Below, in pieces: positions 36,157 through 45,164 of a stretch of 47,929 nt of DNA (position 1 is the first letter of the stretch; each line of letters begins with the position of its first letter). The DNA comes from Verrucomicrobiota bacterium (GTDB lineage: Bacteria; Verrucomicrobiota; Verrucomicrobiia; Methylacidiphilales; JBCBYL01), in assembly GCA_039815855.1 (NCBI GenBank), contig JBCBYL010000002.1:1-47929 (forward strand), given 5' to 3'. Under the pieces are notes generated by a model, which worked only from the letters and a program-made list of their open reading frames with translations, had not been told where the DNA came from and ran no database searches. Both the position numbers and the translations under genes were made by a program.

Positions 36157-39100
36157 GTGAAAATTCCAACGGTAGTTGTTTTGTTCGTTTTACATGTGCT
36201 GTCCACGATCGGGTGGGCCCAGATCTCGATACGGGCGAATGATACCAGCAATACATCCACGAAGGAGTTTTTTTACCATTGGGATGGTTTCGAGTTTCAG
36301 TGGCATGGGCCAGGAATCGACTTTGTTAAAAGCGGTGACCTGTCCGGATTCCCGGCGAGCGGGAGCAGCTTTAGCCAGCCGTATTCGGGAAATGGTTTTG
36401 CCTATATCATGTCCTCGGTATCCAACTGGGATACCGGCCTGGCCGCGGCCGCTGTGGCGTCCTCCTCTGGACTCCCTCCAGAATCATCACCCTTTATCGC
36501 CTACCTGAATAGCTTAACGTTTGGAACGGTCAATCGACACGGCGGCAATCAATACGGGTTCGGCGTCGATAATGGAGACGCACGAGTCAGTCCGGAAGCC
36601 CGCGAAGATAAGATCGATGTACCCGGTGAGGCGCTGGTGATTTCTTTCGACCTCCAAGGTCAGCTAGACGTAGGTTCTGCAAGCGGATCATTTGGACCCG
36701 AATCTTCTGCTTCGTTCGAGAATATGGGGCTTCACGAGAACGCTCGGTTAATACTCAAGGAACTGGTTATTCGCCCCTGGGCGGCGGGTGTGACCGGGGA
36801 AATCGATTATCTTTTTTACGATGCCAGCGAGGGTACCTTTTTAAAAAATAGCGCGGGTGTCTCAGCCTTTCGCGAATACGTCGATATGCGCACGACAGGT
36901 TCAGTTCTTCAGGGCCCCTGGACGATTGAGCATGGGGATATCCTCATTATCGCGCATCCCACCGATACGACGAAAAACCTCAACCTGATTTCATCCGAAC
37001 TCTGGAGTATGACCTTCGACCTGGAGTTTGACGCACCTACCCCTGCTCCCTTAGACGTTCCCAGCGATCCAGCGGACTTTCCCCAACACCAATACGCGCC
37101 CGGTTTTTCCAACATCTGGCGGACCGATGGAGAATTACTGGCCATGTATCGCACAGAGCCTGGCAACTCCAGCATCCGGACTGTGGTTCAGGACTTTCAC
37201 CGTGGATATCTCCTGACCGAAAACCGGGGATCGACTATTGGTAATAGCCACATCTTTTTCGACCTCACCGATGTCACTTCCGAAAACCCCAGTGTCCCCC
37301 TTCCCGAGGACCGGATACTCACGGAGGCTTTGAAAGTTCCCAACAGGGGGAATATGCACACGGCCTACTCACTCTTGCCGGACTACCGGGTGAATCATCC
37401 CGGAGACAATTACGTAGATTTAGCTGGTCTATCCAACAGCACGCCGAGCATTGCCACGGTCGGCAGACCTCCGGGCTTCTCCGGAGCGGATGGGGGTGCC
37501 CGCAGCGCCTATATTCTCCCGTACCACTACGATTCGCAAGGCAATGGAAAAAGAATCGTGGATGCGCGCACGGGGCAGACGCTCTCTACCTTCGATGAAT
37601 ACGGCTTTGGCAGCGGAACCCTTCCGGTTCCTGTCGGGAACATCCTCCTACTAGCCAAAATTCGCGCCGGTGAACGTGCCATCGCCAGCTATGACATCAG
37701 CGATCCTGCAAACCCGGTACTGCTCGATGTGATGCGAGACTCGGATCCTCGCTGGCGGCATCAGGAAGGTGGAGCTTATGAGCCAGCCATTTACAATAAC
37801 TACTTTGTTGTCCCCCTATCGCTCCGCGGCGGCACCATCGGGTTTGTCGACTACACGGATCCGGGAAACCTACGCATGCACCACATCATCAGCGGCACCA
37901 GGGGTGCTCAGCGCTACATGCAATTTCAGGATCACCGGATGTTTGCCGGGACCGAAGTCATTGATCTCACCCACCTTAACGGAGGCATCACCCCGACGGA
38001 GCACAACTTCCCGGGTCATAAAGGCGAATATATGCTCCCCCTCGGAAATCTGGTGGTTTGCGCTGAGAATTCAGAACAGGGCGGTGACAATCTCGGTGCC
38101 ATTTACGCCTTCCAGGCCGAGCCCGATGTCCGTCCTCCTTCGGTCACCTATCATGTTCCCGCCGCCGACGCGACGGACCAGCTGGTAACAAGTCGCATCG
38201 GAATGGTGATTCACGAGACGCTGGACGCCACCACGATTGATGAAACCACCTTCCGTGTTTTTCCGGTTAGCGATACCACTGAAACCAGCATTCCGGGCAC
38301 CCGGGTGTGGAGTGATAAGGATATTCTCACCTTTACCCCCATGTCTCCGCTTGAACCCGAGACGACCTATCGCGTCGTGGTTGAGGGCTTCACCGACATC
38401 GTCAGCAATCCCATTGGGCGCTATAGCTTTAACTTCACCACGGCCGGTCCGGATTCACTCTTCTACCCCACGGTTACACAAGCCGGCATAACGACCGCGG
38501 AACTAATCGTCGACACGCCCATTGAGTTCTTCCTCAATGCCACCCCGGATGGGGGACAAAACGCCGATACCCTCGAATATAGCTGGGACTTTGGAGATGG
38601 TACCGTGACGGATTGGAGCAACGCAAACCAGACCATCAGTCACGCCTATCAATATCCTGGTAAGTTTGCGGTCCGGGCCCGTGTGCGCAGCGTCAATGCG
38701 CCCGAGCGGGTGGCCATGCGCTATCTACAGCCTTCGGTGTTCTTCAAGGCGGCAGGTGAAGATGGTTTCGAGCCTCGCTTTGAAGCTGAAAGAGGAACGT
38801 TGACCGGTCCCAATAGCGGGATTTTTACCTCAACGGATTCGTCTGGTGGGATGTATGTCGTGGGCGGACCGAATTCCGGGCTTTATTGGGACTTTGATAG
38901 TGTCGGCGGCGCTTTTGATTTTCAATTCCTCATCGCCATGCCGGAAGGAACATCCGTTCCGGGCAATCAAAGTACCTGGTGGCGAATGGGTGTCTACGTG
39001 AGCGAGATTGTCGATGGGGTTGAAACCAACGAGGTTTTCCTTGGGGAGATTGAAACGCGTAGTCTCACCTATGAATACAAGGGCACCTCGGCCTATCTTC

Positions 39101-41892
39101 CACGTGAGGGCCGCTACCGTCTCCGACTGAGGCGAGGTACGGGTGTCCGTGATCCACGGGTCGATTACGTGGATGTGAAGCTGAGCACTGCCCCCATACG
39201 TTTTGAGGCAGAAGGGGTCAGCCTGGAAAATATTGTCAGAGGGGACATTAAGGCCAATGCGGGCGCCTCGGGAGGTTCGCTGGTCGACGGACGGGGCGGC
39301 TTCAATATCCAATGGGATTTCGAAGCTGCGGTCGCAGGGACACACACCCTGAACTTTGCTGTTGGAGTTCCAGGCAGTAGCACACGGTCCATGAGTGTCT
39401 GGATTGATGGGGAGTTGGTTCAGGTCCTGACATCCAGTTTTGTCGGCATCGAAGAGCAAACGATTCTGGTCGATCTGGCTGCCGGAACCCACACCATCGA
39501 ACTGCGCGACACCGAGGGCACAGCAGAATTCAATGTCGACTATCTCGATATCATCGTTCCAGCACACATGTCCGAAGTTGTCCTCCCGCCTCTCAAGAGC
39601 AGTCAGATTGTACTCGATGAGGCGAATCGGCTTATCATCTCAGTCAACCCAGATAATGACACGATCACCGCCATCGATGCCGATCTAGATCCGGCAGTCG
39701 GGAACCCGAGTCCAGTGTGGGAAGTTGAAGTTGCGAGTAATCCGCGTGGCTTGGCGATCGATGTCTTTGGCCGGATCTGGGTGACCTGTTTTGAGGCCGG
39801 GGTCATCACTATCATTGATCCGGTTAACCCCGCCAATAACGTTGACCTGAATCTTGGTTATGGTTCGAAACCTCACGATATTCTCTTTGATCACGAGGGT
39901 AACCGCGCCTTTATTTCTCTCTACGGATATGGACAAATTGTTCAATTGGATGCCACTAACTTCAATGTGATTAGCGTTGTCCAGCCTGGCCCTACGCCCA
40001 CTGCGCTGGCGCTGCGCTCGAATGGAGACGAACTCCTCGTCAGCCGATTCATTTCACCCGCAGATGTTGGAGAGGTCTATTCCATCCGTATCGATCAGGA
40101 TAGTTATGCTATGACCCTCCAGCCCACCATTGAGCTTGCCAAGGACGTCGACAGTGATGATGGTCCGAATTCCGGGCGAGGTCTCCCGAATTATCTTTCA
40201 CATATCACGATTGATCCCGACAACGCAGCAGCCTATATCGCCTCCCAACAAGTGAACACCTTAGCAGGCACGTTCCGTGACAACACGAGCTTAAACCACG
40301 ACTCTACCGTCCGGAGCATTGTCTCACGGATTGACTTCGACACCGGCCAGGAAGATTTCATGAGTCGCATTGATATCAATGATAGTTCCCAACCGTCGGC
40401 ACTTCTTTTCTCGCCTCTTGGTGACTTCCTCTTCGTCGCACTTCAGGGAAACAACGCAGTTAGCGTCATCGATACAGCGACCGGGGTTTCCGTGGACAAG
40501 CTGCTGACCGGACTGACCCCTCAAGGTCTCTGTTTCGATCCGACGACGAACCGGCTCTTCGTTAAAAACTTCATGAGTCGGTCAATTTCCACCTTTGACC
40601 TCAGCGGCTTGTTTTCAGGGGGCAGTGCCTCAAAGCACCCTGACGTGCCGACGGTCACAACCGAAACGTTGACCACAGATGTCCTTCTCGGGAAACAGAT
40701 ATTCTACAATGCCGCAGACGAACGAATGAGCTTCCAAGGCTACCTCTCCTGCGCCTCCTGTCACCAGAATGGTGGACATGACGGCGTGACCTGGGACTTC
40801 ACCCAGCGCGGCGAAGGCTTGCGGAACACGACTGACCTCCGGGGTCGCTCCGGGGTAACCCAAGGCAATGTCCACTGGAGTGGTAACTTCGATGAAATCC
40901 AGGATTTTGAACTCGATATGGTTAATCATTTTGGTGGGACTGGCTTCATCGAAAGCGGTGCCCCCCATCCTTCCACCGGTGCCCCAAACAGCGGAAGGAG
41001 TGCCGATCTCGATGCACTCGCGGCATACGTCACCTCTTTATCCAAGGAGTCTGTGCCTCAAAGCCCTTATCGCCAGGCCGATGGAACCCTGACAGCCGAT
41101 GGCCTGTTTGGCCGTCGCCTATTCGAAGGTGAAATTGTACCTGCCTCCGGAATCAAGTTAAACTGCACGGACTGTCACGTGCCGGAGCAGCAATTCACCA
41201 ATAGCCAGCTTGCCAATGATGTGCTCGATAATCTCACCGTTTTCAATATCGGGACGATGAAAAACAGCTCGGGGACCCGACTCTTTAACGATTTACCGGG
41301 CATCGATACCCCGACACTTTGGGGACTCCATGACGGCGCTCCTTACCTGCACGATGGCAGTGCGGCCACCATTGAAGAAGTCTTCGACCAATTCGATCCA
41401 TCAGCCGCGGTTGGTGAGGACGGAGCTGCTCACAATCTCACCGCCACTGGATACCATCTCACCGCCACAGAGAAAGCGGGCTTGATTGCTTATTTATTAC
41501 AGATCGACGGTCGAGACCGGCAACGGATGAACGCCACCACCTGGGTGAATTCCTGGGGGGATGATTTGGGAGAAATGGACGAGGATTACGATGGGGATCG
41601 CATCAGTAACTATGACGAATATCGCTTCGGGGGGAACCCGACCATCAGCGATGCAGGGGGCCAAAAACCACGGATCGTGGTTGAGGATGGAAACTTAAAA
41701 TTCCGCTTCAACAGGAGGAATAACGACCCCTCGCTCTCCTATCGGATTTTACATTCAACCGATCTGAACAACTGGTCTGAGTTGGTCGATCCTGCCCTCG
41801 AAATGGATATGGAAAATGGTCCCATCGAGGTCCTTGACCTTCCGGCTTCTCCATCCGAGACCAAGGAATTCTTTAAGATCGAGTTCGAGTAG
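36157..41892 (+). CDS. Giant secreted multidomain protein: LVIVD-like propeller region, Ig-like, PKD, two CBM-like modules, YVTN-like beta-propeller, di-heme cytochrome c peroxidase/MauG-like module, and a Ca-binding-like C-terminal region
   Basis: 1911 aa. The GTG start has gaggtga 8 nt upstream, and the signal peptide is MKIPTVVVLFVLHVLSTIGWAQ. IASYDISDPANPVLLDV is an LVIVD-like repeat. TIDETTFRVFPV...TYRVVVEGFTD is SbsA-type Ig-like (about 38180-38445). WDFGDGT marks a PKD domain (about 38480-38735). Two RFEAE(R/G)...VDY(V/L)D modules lie at about 38770-39185 and 39195-39560. The heme motifs are CASCH (40750-40764) and CTDCH (41164-41178), with TPTLWGL...APYLHDGSAATIEEV. DEDYDGDRISNYDEY lies near the C-terminus. 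Confidence 0.85.
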   Translation: MKIPTVVVLFVLHVLSTIGWAQISIRANDTSNTSTKEFFYHWDGFEFQWHGPGIDFVKSGDLSGFPASGSSFSQPYSGNGFAYIMSSVSNWDTGLAAAAVASSSGLPPESSPFIAYLNSLTFGTVNRHGGNQYGFGVDNGDARVSPEAREDKIDVPGEALVISFDLQGQLDVGSASGSFGPESSASFENMGLHENARLILKELVIRPWAAGVTGEIDYLFYDASEGTFLKNSAGVSAFREYVDMRTTGSVLQGPWTIEHGDILIIAHPTDTTKNLNLISSELWSMTFDLEFDAPTPAPLDVPSDPADFPQHQYAPGFSNIWRTDGELLAMYRTEPGNSSIRTVVQDFHRGYLLTENRGSTIGNSHIFFDLTDVTSENPSVPLPEDRILTEALKVPNRGNMHTAYSLLPDYRVNHPGDNYVDLAGLSNSTPSIATVGRPPGFSGADGGARSAYILPYHYDSQGNGKRIVDARTGQTLSTFDEYGFGSGTLPVPVGNILLLAKIRAGERAIASYDISDPANPVLLDVMRDSDPRWRHQEGGAYEPAIYNNYFVVPLSLRGGTIGFVDYTDPGNLRMHHIISGTRGAQRYMQFQDHRMFAGTEVIDLTHLNGGITPTEHNFPGHKGEYMLPLGNLVVCAENSEQGGDNLGAIYAFQAEPDVRPPSVTYHVPAADATDQLVTSRIGMVIHETLDATTIDETTFRVFPVSDTTETSIPGTRVWSDKDILTFTPMSPLEPETTYRVVVEGFTDIVSNPIGRYSFNFTTAGPDSLFYPTVTQAGITTAELIVDTPIEFFLNATPDGGQNADTLEYSWDFGDGTVTDWSNANQTISHAYQYPGKFAVRARVRSVNAPERVAMRYLQPSVFFKAAGEDGFEPRFEAERGTLTGPNSGIFTSTDSSGGMYVVGGPNSGLYWDFDSVGGAFDFQFLIAMPEGTSVPGNQSTWWRMGVYVSEIVDGVETNEVFLGEIETRSLTYEYKGTSAYLPREGRYRLRLRRGTGVRDPRVDYVDVKLSTAPIRFEAEGVSLENIVRGDIKANAGASGGSLVDGRGGFNIQWDFEAAVAGTHTLNFAVGVPGSSTRSMSVWIDGELVQVLTSSFVGIEEQTILVDLAAGTHTIELRDTEGTAEFNVDYLDIIVPAHMSEVVLPPLKSSQIVLDEANRLIISVNPDNDTITAIDADLDPAVGNPSPVWEVEVASNPRGLAIDVFGRIWVTCFEAGVITIIDPVNPANNVDLNLGYGSKPHDILFDHEGNRAFISLYGYGQIVQLDATNFNVISVVQPGPTPTALALRSNGDELLVSRFISPADVGEVYSIRIDQDSYAMTLQPTIELAKDVDSDDGPNSGRGLPNYLSHITIDPDNAAAYIASQQVNTLAGTFRDNTSLNHDSTVRSIVSRIDFDTGQEDFMSRIDINDSSQPSALLFSPLGDFLFVALQGNNAVSVIDTATGVSVDKLLTGLTPQGLCFDPTTNRLFVKNFMSRSISTFDLSGLFSGGSASKHPDVPTVTTETLTTDVLLGKQIFYNAADERMSFQGYLSCASCHQNGGHDGVTWDFTQRGEGLRNTTDLRGRSGVTQGNVHWSGNFDEIQDFELDMVNHFGGTGFIESGAPHPSTGAPNSGRSADLDALAAYVTSLSKESVPQSPYRQADGTLTADGLFGRRLFEGEIVPASGIKLNCTDCHVPEQQFTNSQLANDVLDNLTVFNIGTMKNSSGTRLFNDLPGIDTPTLWGLHDGAPYLHDGSAATIEEVFDQFDPSAAVGEDGAAHNLTATGYHLTATEKAGLIAYLLQIDGRDRQRMNATTWVNSWGDDLGEMDEDYDGDRISNYDEYRFGGNPTISDAGGQKPRIVVEDGNLKFRFNRRNNDPSLSYRILHSTDLNNWSELVDPALEMDMENGPIEVLDLPASPSETKEFFKIEFE

Positions 41893-41974
41893 TCCTCTTT
41901 CACGCTTTATCATAGCGAGAAAGAACTCTGCCATCACCAGAGGATGGAGGGGGGAGGATCCTTAGACAGCTCCT

Positions 41975-42376
41975 CTATCCTTCATACGCTTCGATGACAC
42001 ACCCCGGAATACGGCGGAACTGGGCCACATTCCGCGTCAACAATGGTGTTTCTATCTCAATCGCGGTGCTGGCAATCCAGAGATCATGCGGGCCGGGTAG
42101 TGCATTCTTCTTTTTCAGGATGGCATAGAGAGAGGCAAAGCGTTGCACAATCCGCTCATCAGGCCAAAGAGTCGGGTAACGATCTAGAAAATCGTTCACA
42201 ACTGACGCATCCTGCCCCGTATAGATAGAACCACACAGAAATTCCCCCTTCACTATCCAGGGGATTCCTAAAGACTGGTCTGGGTGATTACGTAACCAAG
42301 CCCAGGCCTTTCCTGCACTTTTCTCCCTCCAGACCGAGATGAGAAAGTTCGTATCGATGAGATAATCAATGGACAT
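41975..42376 (-). CDS. vapC: PIN-domain toxin, VapC family
   Basis: 133 aa with YLIDTNFLI at the N-terminus and conserved acidic positions (E in KGEF, D in HDLWIA). It lies immediately downstream of a small antitoxin-like ORF. Confidence 0.8.
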   Translation of the reverse strand: MSIDYLIDTNFLISVWREKSAGKAWAWLRNHPDQSLGIPWIVKGEFLCGSIYTGQDASVVNDFLDRYPTLWPDERIVQRFASLYAILKKKNALPGPHDLWIASTAIEIETPLLTRNVAQFRRIPGCVIEAYEG

Positions 42377-42401
42377 GAGCGATGTTTATTCCGCTTCCCG
42401 G

Positions 42402-42641
42402 TTAAGAAGGCTCAACTTCATTTGTCGAGTTCCATCGATTCGACCACCTTATCGATTCCCCAATGGCTTTAGACTCATCTTCGGTCATCATCGGAAGTTT
42501 TTCGGCTTCGTTGAGCATGTCTGCTGCCGTTCCTCGCTTAGGGACCGACTTAAGAACCACCTTCGAAAAGGAGTCCGAAGGCCCTGATTTCCACGATTTC
42601 AATCGTTCGTAAGCTTCATCCGTTAGACTGATTGTTTTCAT
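42402..42641 (-). CDS. Putative antitoxin (VapB-like)
   Basis: Taken from the internal ATG at 42641, it is 79 aa. MKTISLTDEAYERLKSWKSGPSDSFSKVVLK resembles the 'putative antitoxin' family found upstream of PIN toxins. There is a 25-nt gap to vapC. Confidence 0.6.
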   Translation of the reverse strand: MKTISLTDEAYERLKSWKSGPSDSFSKVVLKSVPKRGTAADMLNEAEKLPMMTEDESKAIGESIRWSNRWNSTNEVEPS

Positions 42642-42746
42642 GTCAACACAGTACACAGTAACATGGATTAGGTCAATCACCAGACCCCTTTGACATACGG
42701 ATTTTTACTTCGTCTTCCCTGCATTCCTGTGAGATGATTTCCTAAG

Positions 42747-44189
42747 ATGAAAAGAAGGCTTCTAATACTTATTGTTGTCGCCTCTGTTCTTGCTCCTGAT
42801 AGAGGGCGATGCGCTGAATCTCAACCCTCTGAGAAACCGATGAACATCCTCTTTCTCATCATTGATGATCTCAATACCTGGCTTCTCTCGAAGGAGGGCC
42901 GTTATGAGGGCAACGTTGTCGCCCCCCATATCCGGAAATTAGCCGATAGCGGCATCAATTTTACTAACGCCTATTGCTCCAGTCCGAAGTGCTCCCCTTC
43001 GCGCACCTCTTTCCTGAGCGGTGTCGCCCCCTGGAAATCCGGGCACACCAATAATGGTCTGGATATCAAGAAAAATGAAGTGCTGGCGCAGGCGATCGCC
43101 TTTCCGAAACTCCTCCAACAAAACGGCTATGTCATCGGCAGCGCGGGTAAAGTTGGCCACGGATATGACTTTGATTATGAGTCTGACATTCCGCGTGGAG
43201 AAGGAGCGGGGCGGCGTCCTCCCTTTCCTCCCGATGCTCCCTTAAAAGGATTTGGTAAGAAGAACGAGTATGACTGGGGACCGATTCATATTCCAGAAAG
43301 TGAGATGGGGGATACGAAGGTGGCTGACTTTGCCATCCGTGCTCTGGAAATGGATCACGAGAAACCCTTTTTCATCGCTGCCGGCCTCTTCTGCCCGCAC
43401 ATGCCCTGGTATGTGCCTCAAAAATACTTTGATATGAATCCCTTAGAAGAGATCGACCTCCCTCCGTTGAAGGAAGGAGACCTTGATGATGTGCCAGCGG
43501 CTGGAAAAGATCTGGTCAGCTCATTTTATCAATCAGCCCTGAAGGCCGGAAAGTACAAGGAAGGCGTGCAAGGCTACCTGGCCGGAACGTCCTATTCCGA
43601 TTTCCAGATGGGCCGGATTCTGGACACACTCGAAAAAAGTAAATATCGAGACAATACCATCGTCATTCTCTTCAGTGATCATGGCTTCCACGTCGGAGAG
43701 AAAGGCCACTGGCAGAAAGGAACCCTCTGGGAAGATGGGTCGAATACCCTGCTCACGATTCGAGTGCCGGGCATGACCCAGGCTGGTCAGGTATGCGAAC
43801 GCCCTGTCTCCCTCCTCGACCTGTATCCCACCCTCATGGAGCTGGCCGGAATTGAAGCACCCGCTTATCTCGATGGCCAGTCACTGGTGCCATTGCTCAA
43901 AGATGTCACCGCGCCCCGTGAGCAACCCGCCCTGACTGTTTACGATACCCACATTGCCGTCCGCACCCAGCAGCACCGTCTCATTCGCTACGGAGATGGC
44001 AGCATGGAACTCTATGATCATGCTCAGGACCCGAATGAATGGAAAAATCTAGCAAACGATCCCGCTTATACCGACGTTCGCGACCAACTGGCTGCACTCC
44101 TCCCCACCCCGGAAGAAATGGCTCCCATGGCTCCAGGTAAAGTCCGTGGAAAAGGTAAGAGCAGTAAGAGCAAAAAGGATAAGTCCTAG
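42747..44189 (+). CDS. Sulfatase (Cys-type)
   Basis: 480 aa with a signal peptide, NILFLIIDDLN, and the active-site motif CSPSRTSFLSG. The tail is Lys-rich. Confidence 0.9.
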   Translation: MKRRLLILIVVASVLAPDRGRCAESQPSEKPMNILFLIIDDLNTWLLSKEGRYEGNVVAPHIRKLADSGINFTNAYCSSPKCSPSRTSFLSGVAPWKSGHTNNGLDIKKNEVLAQAIAFPKLLQQNGYVIGSAGKVGHGYDFDYESDIPRGEGAGRRPPFPPDAPLKGFGKKNEYDWGPIHIPESEMGDTKVADFAIRALEMDHEKPFFIAAGLFCPHMPWYVPQKYFDMNPLEEIDLPPLKEGDLDDVPAAGKDLVSSFYQSALKAGKYKEGVQGYLAGTSYSDFQMGRILDTLEKSKYRDNTIVILFSDHGFHVGEKGHWQKGTLWEDGSNTLLTIRVPGMTQAGQVCERPVSLLDLYPTLMELAGIEAPAYLDGQSLVPLLKDVTAPREQPALTVYDTHIAVRTQQHRLIRYGDGSMELYDHAQDPNEWKNLANDPAYTDVRDQLAALLPTPEEMAPMAPGKVRGKGKSSKSKKDKS

Positions 44190-44270
44190 CCATTCTCCAT
44201 GGCTTAGGAATACGAGCTAAACCAACGGACTCACCTCGACAGAGAACACACTCTTTTCGAAAAGGAAGAA

Positions 44271-44954
44271 TCATTGAGACGGTTCTAACGTCCGCCAAAT
44301 GAGATTCCGATATTCCGCCTCTGCATCGTAGGTAGCTAAACCGAACGGTACGGTTTCCTCGATGTCGCTGTAAAACATACTGATTTCCCGGCCGGTAATA
44401 TCCACATCGACCACGACCTCCCCATCAATCCAACATCGGATCCTATCGGGTCGCACTCGGATTCGACAATGATACCAGCGCGCTTCCTCGAAGGTGTAAA
44501 AATTGGTCGTATCATTATCAGCCGCACTCATCTCGTCCAAATTAGAAATGCCGACGAGATCCCCTCCCCAGCCTCCACAGATCCAACTGCAATGATCGGG
44601 CCCCACAGGGATGGTCAAGCCGAGAAAAATGTCCTGCCCCCCGGTTCGACGCGCCTCGAGTTCGATTTCATAATCGATACGTGCTGGAAGCTCCCCCTTC
44701 CAGGTCACTCCGCTCATATACTCCCCCACTTCGAGTTTCATTACCCCTTCAGTGATGTGAAATGATCCACCCCTCTCGATAGCGGCCCGTTCCCAATCAT
44801 CTTTCAGGGGACCACTGAGGAGATGCAGTTCTTCGATCACACCCTCTTGCTCGGAAGGCGATTGAACTAACTTCTCTCTGGAGCATGAAAGAATGATCAC
44901 TCCCAGGCCGAAAGTGATAAGACGTTTCAGCGTGATCAAATTGATCTTTATCAT
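44271..44954 (-). CDS. Lipoprotein with a LamG/DUF1080-like jelly-roll domain (tentative)
   Basis: 227 aa with lipobox ILSC. IDYEIELEARR, GGWGG, WYHCRIRV and a C-terminal YRNLIWRTL are reminiscent of DUF1080 (3-keto-disaccharide hydrolase-like) proteins. Confidence 0.4.
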   Translation of the reverse strand: MIKINLITLKRLITFGLGVIILSCSREKLVQSPSEQEGVIEELHLLSGPLKDDWERAAIERGGSFHITEGVMKLEVGEYMSGVTWKGELPARIDYEIELEARRTGGQDIFLGLTIPVGPDHCSWICGGWGGDLVGISNLDEMSAADNDTTNFYTFEEARWYHCRIRVRPDRIRCWIDGEVVVDVDITGREISMFYSDIEETVPFGLATYDAEAEYRNLIWRTLEPSQ

Positions 44955-45164
44955 TTTAAAGTGAGGGTGTGAGAAATAATCGTGTTCTCGTCGATTTCTT
45001 ATTCCGTCTTTATATCGAGGTAAAAAAGTTTACTGCTCCCGTGGCGCTGAAGTGCAGTCAAAGTTATACTTCAAGTACAGATTGCTAAGCTTGACCGCTC
45101 AAGAGGTAAATCGAAAGATGATGTTCGCCTGTTTCAATCCATTTTTCTAAACTGTCATGCAACG

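Noticed and set aside
41897-41923. Hairpin ctttc-a-cgct...agcg-a-gaaag just after the stop of the giant gene
   Set aside because: The stem is interrupted and no U-tract follows, so the evidence for a terminator is insufficient.
44253-44264. Perfect 12-nt palindrome cttttcgaaaag between the convergent sulfatase and lipoprotein genes
   Set aside because: After allowing for a loop, only about 4 bp can pair. It is too short to call a bidirectional terminator.
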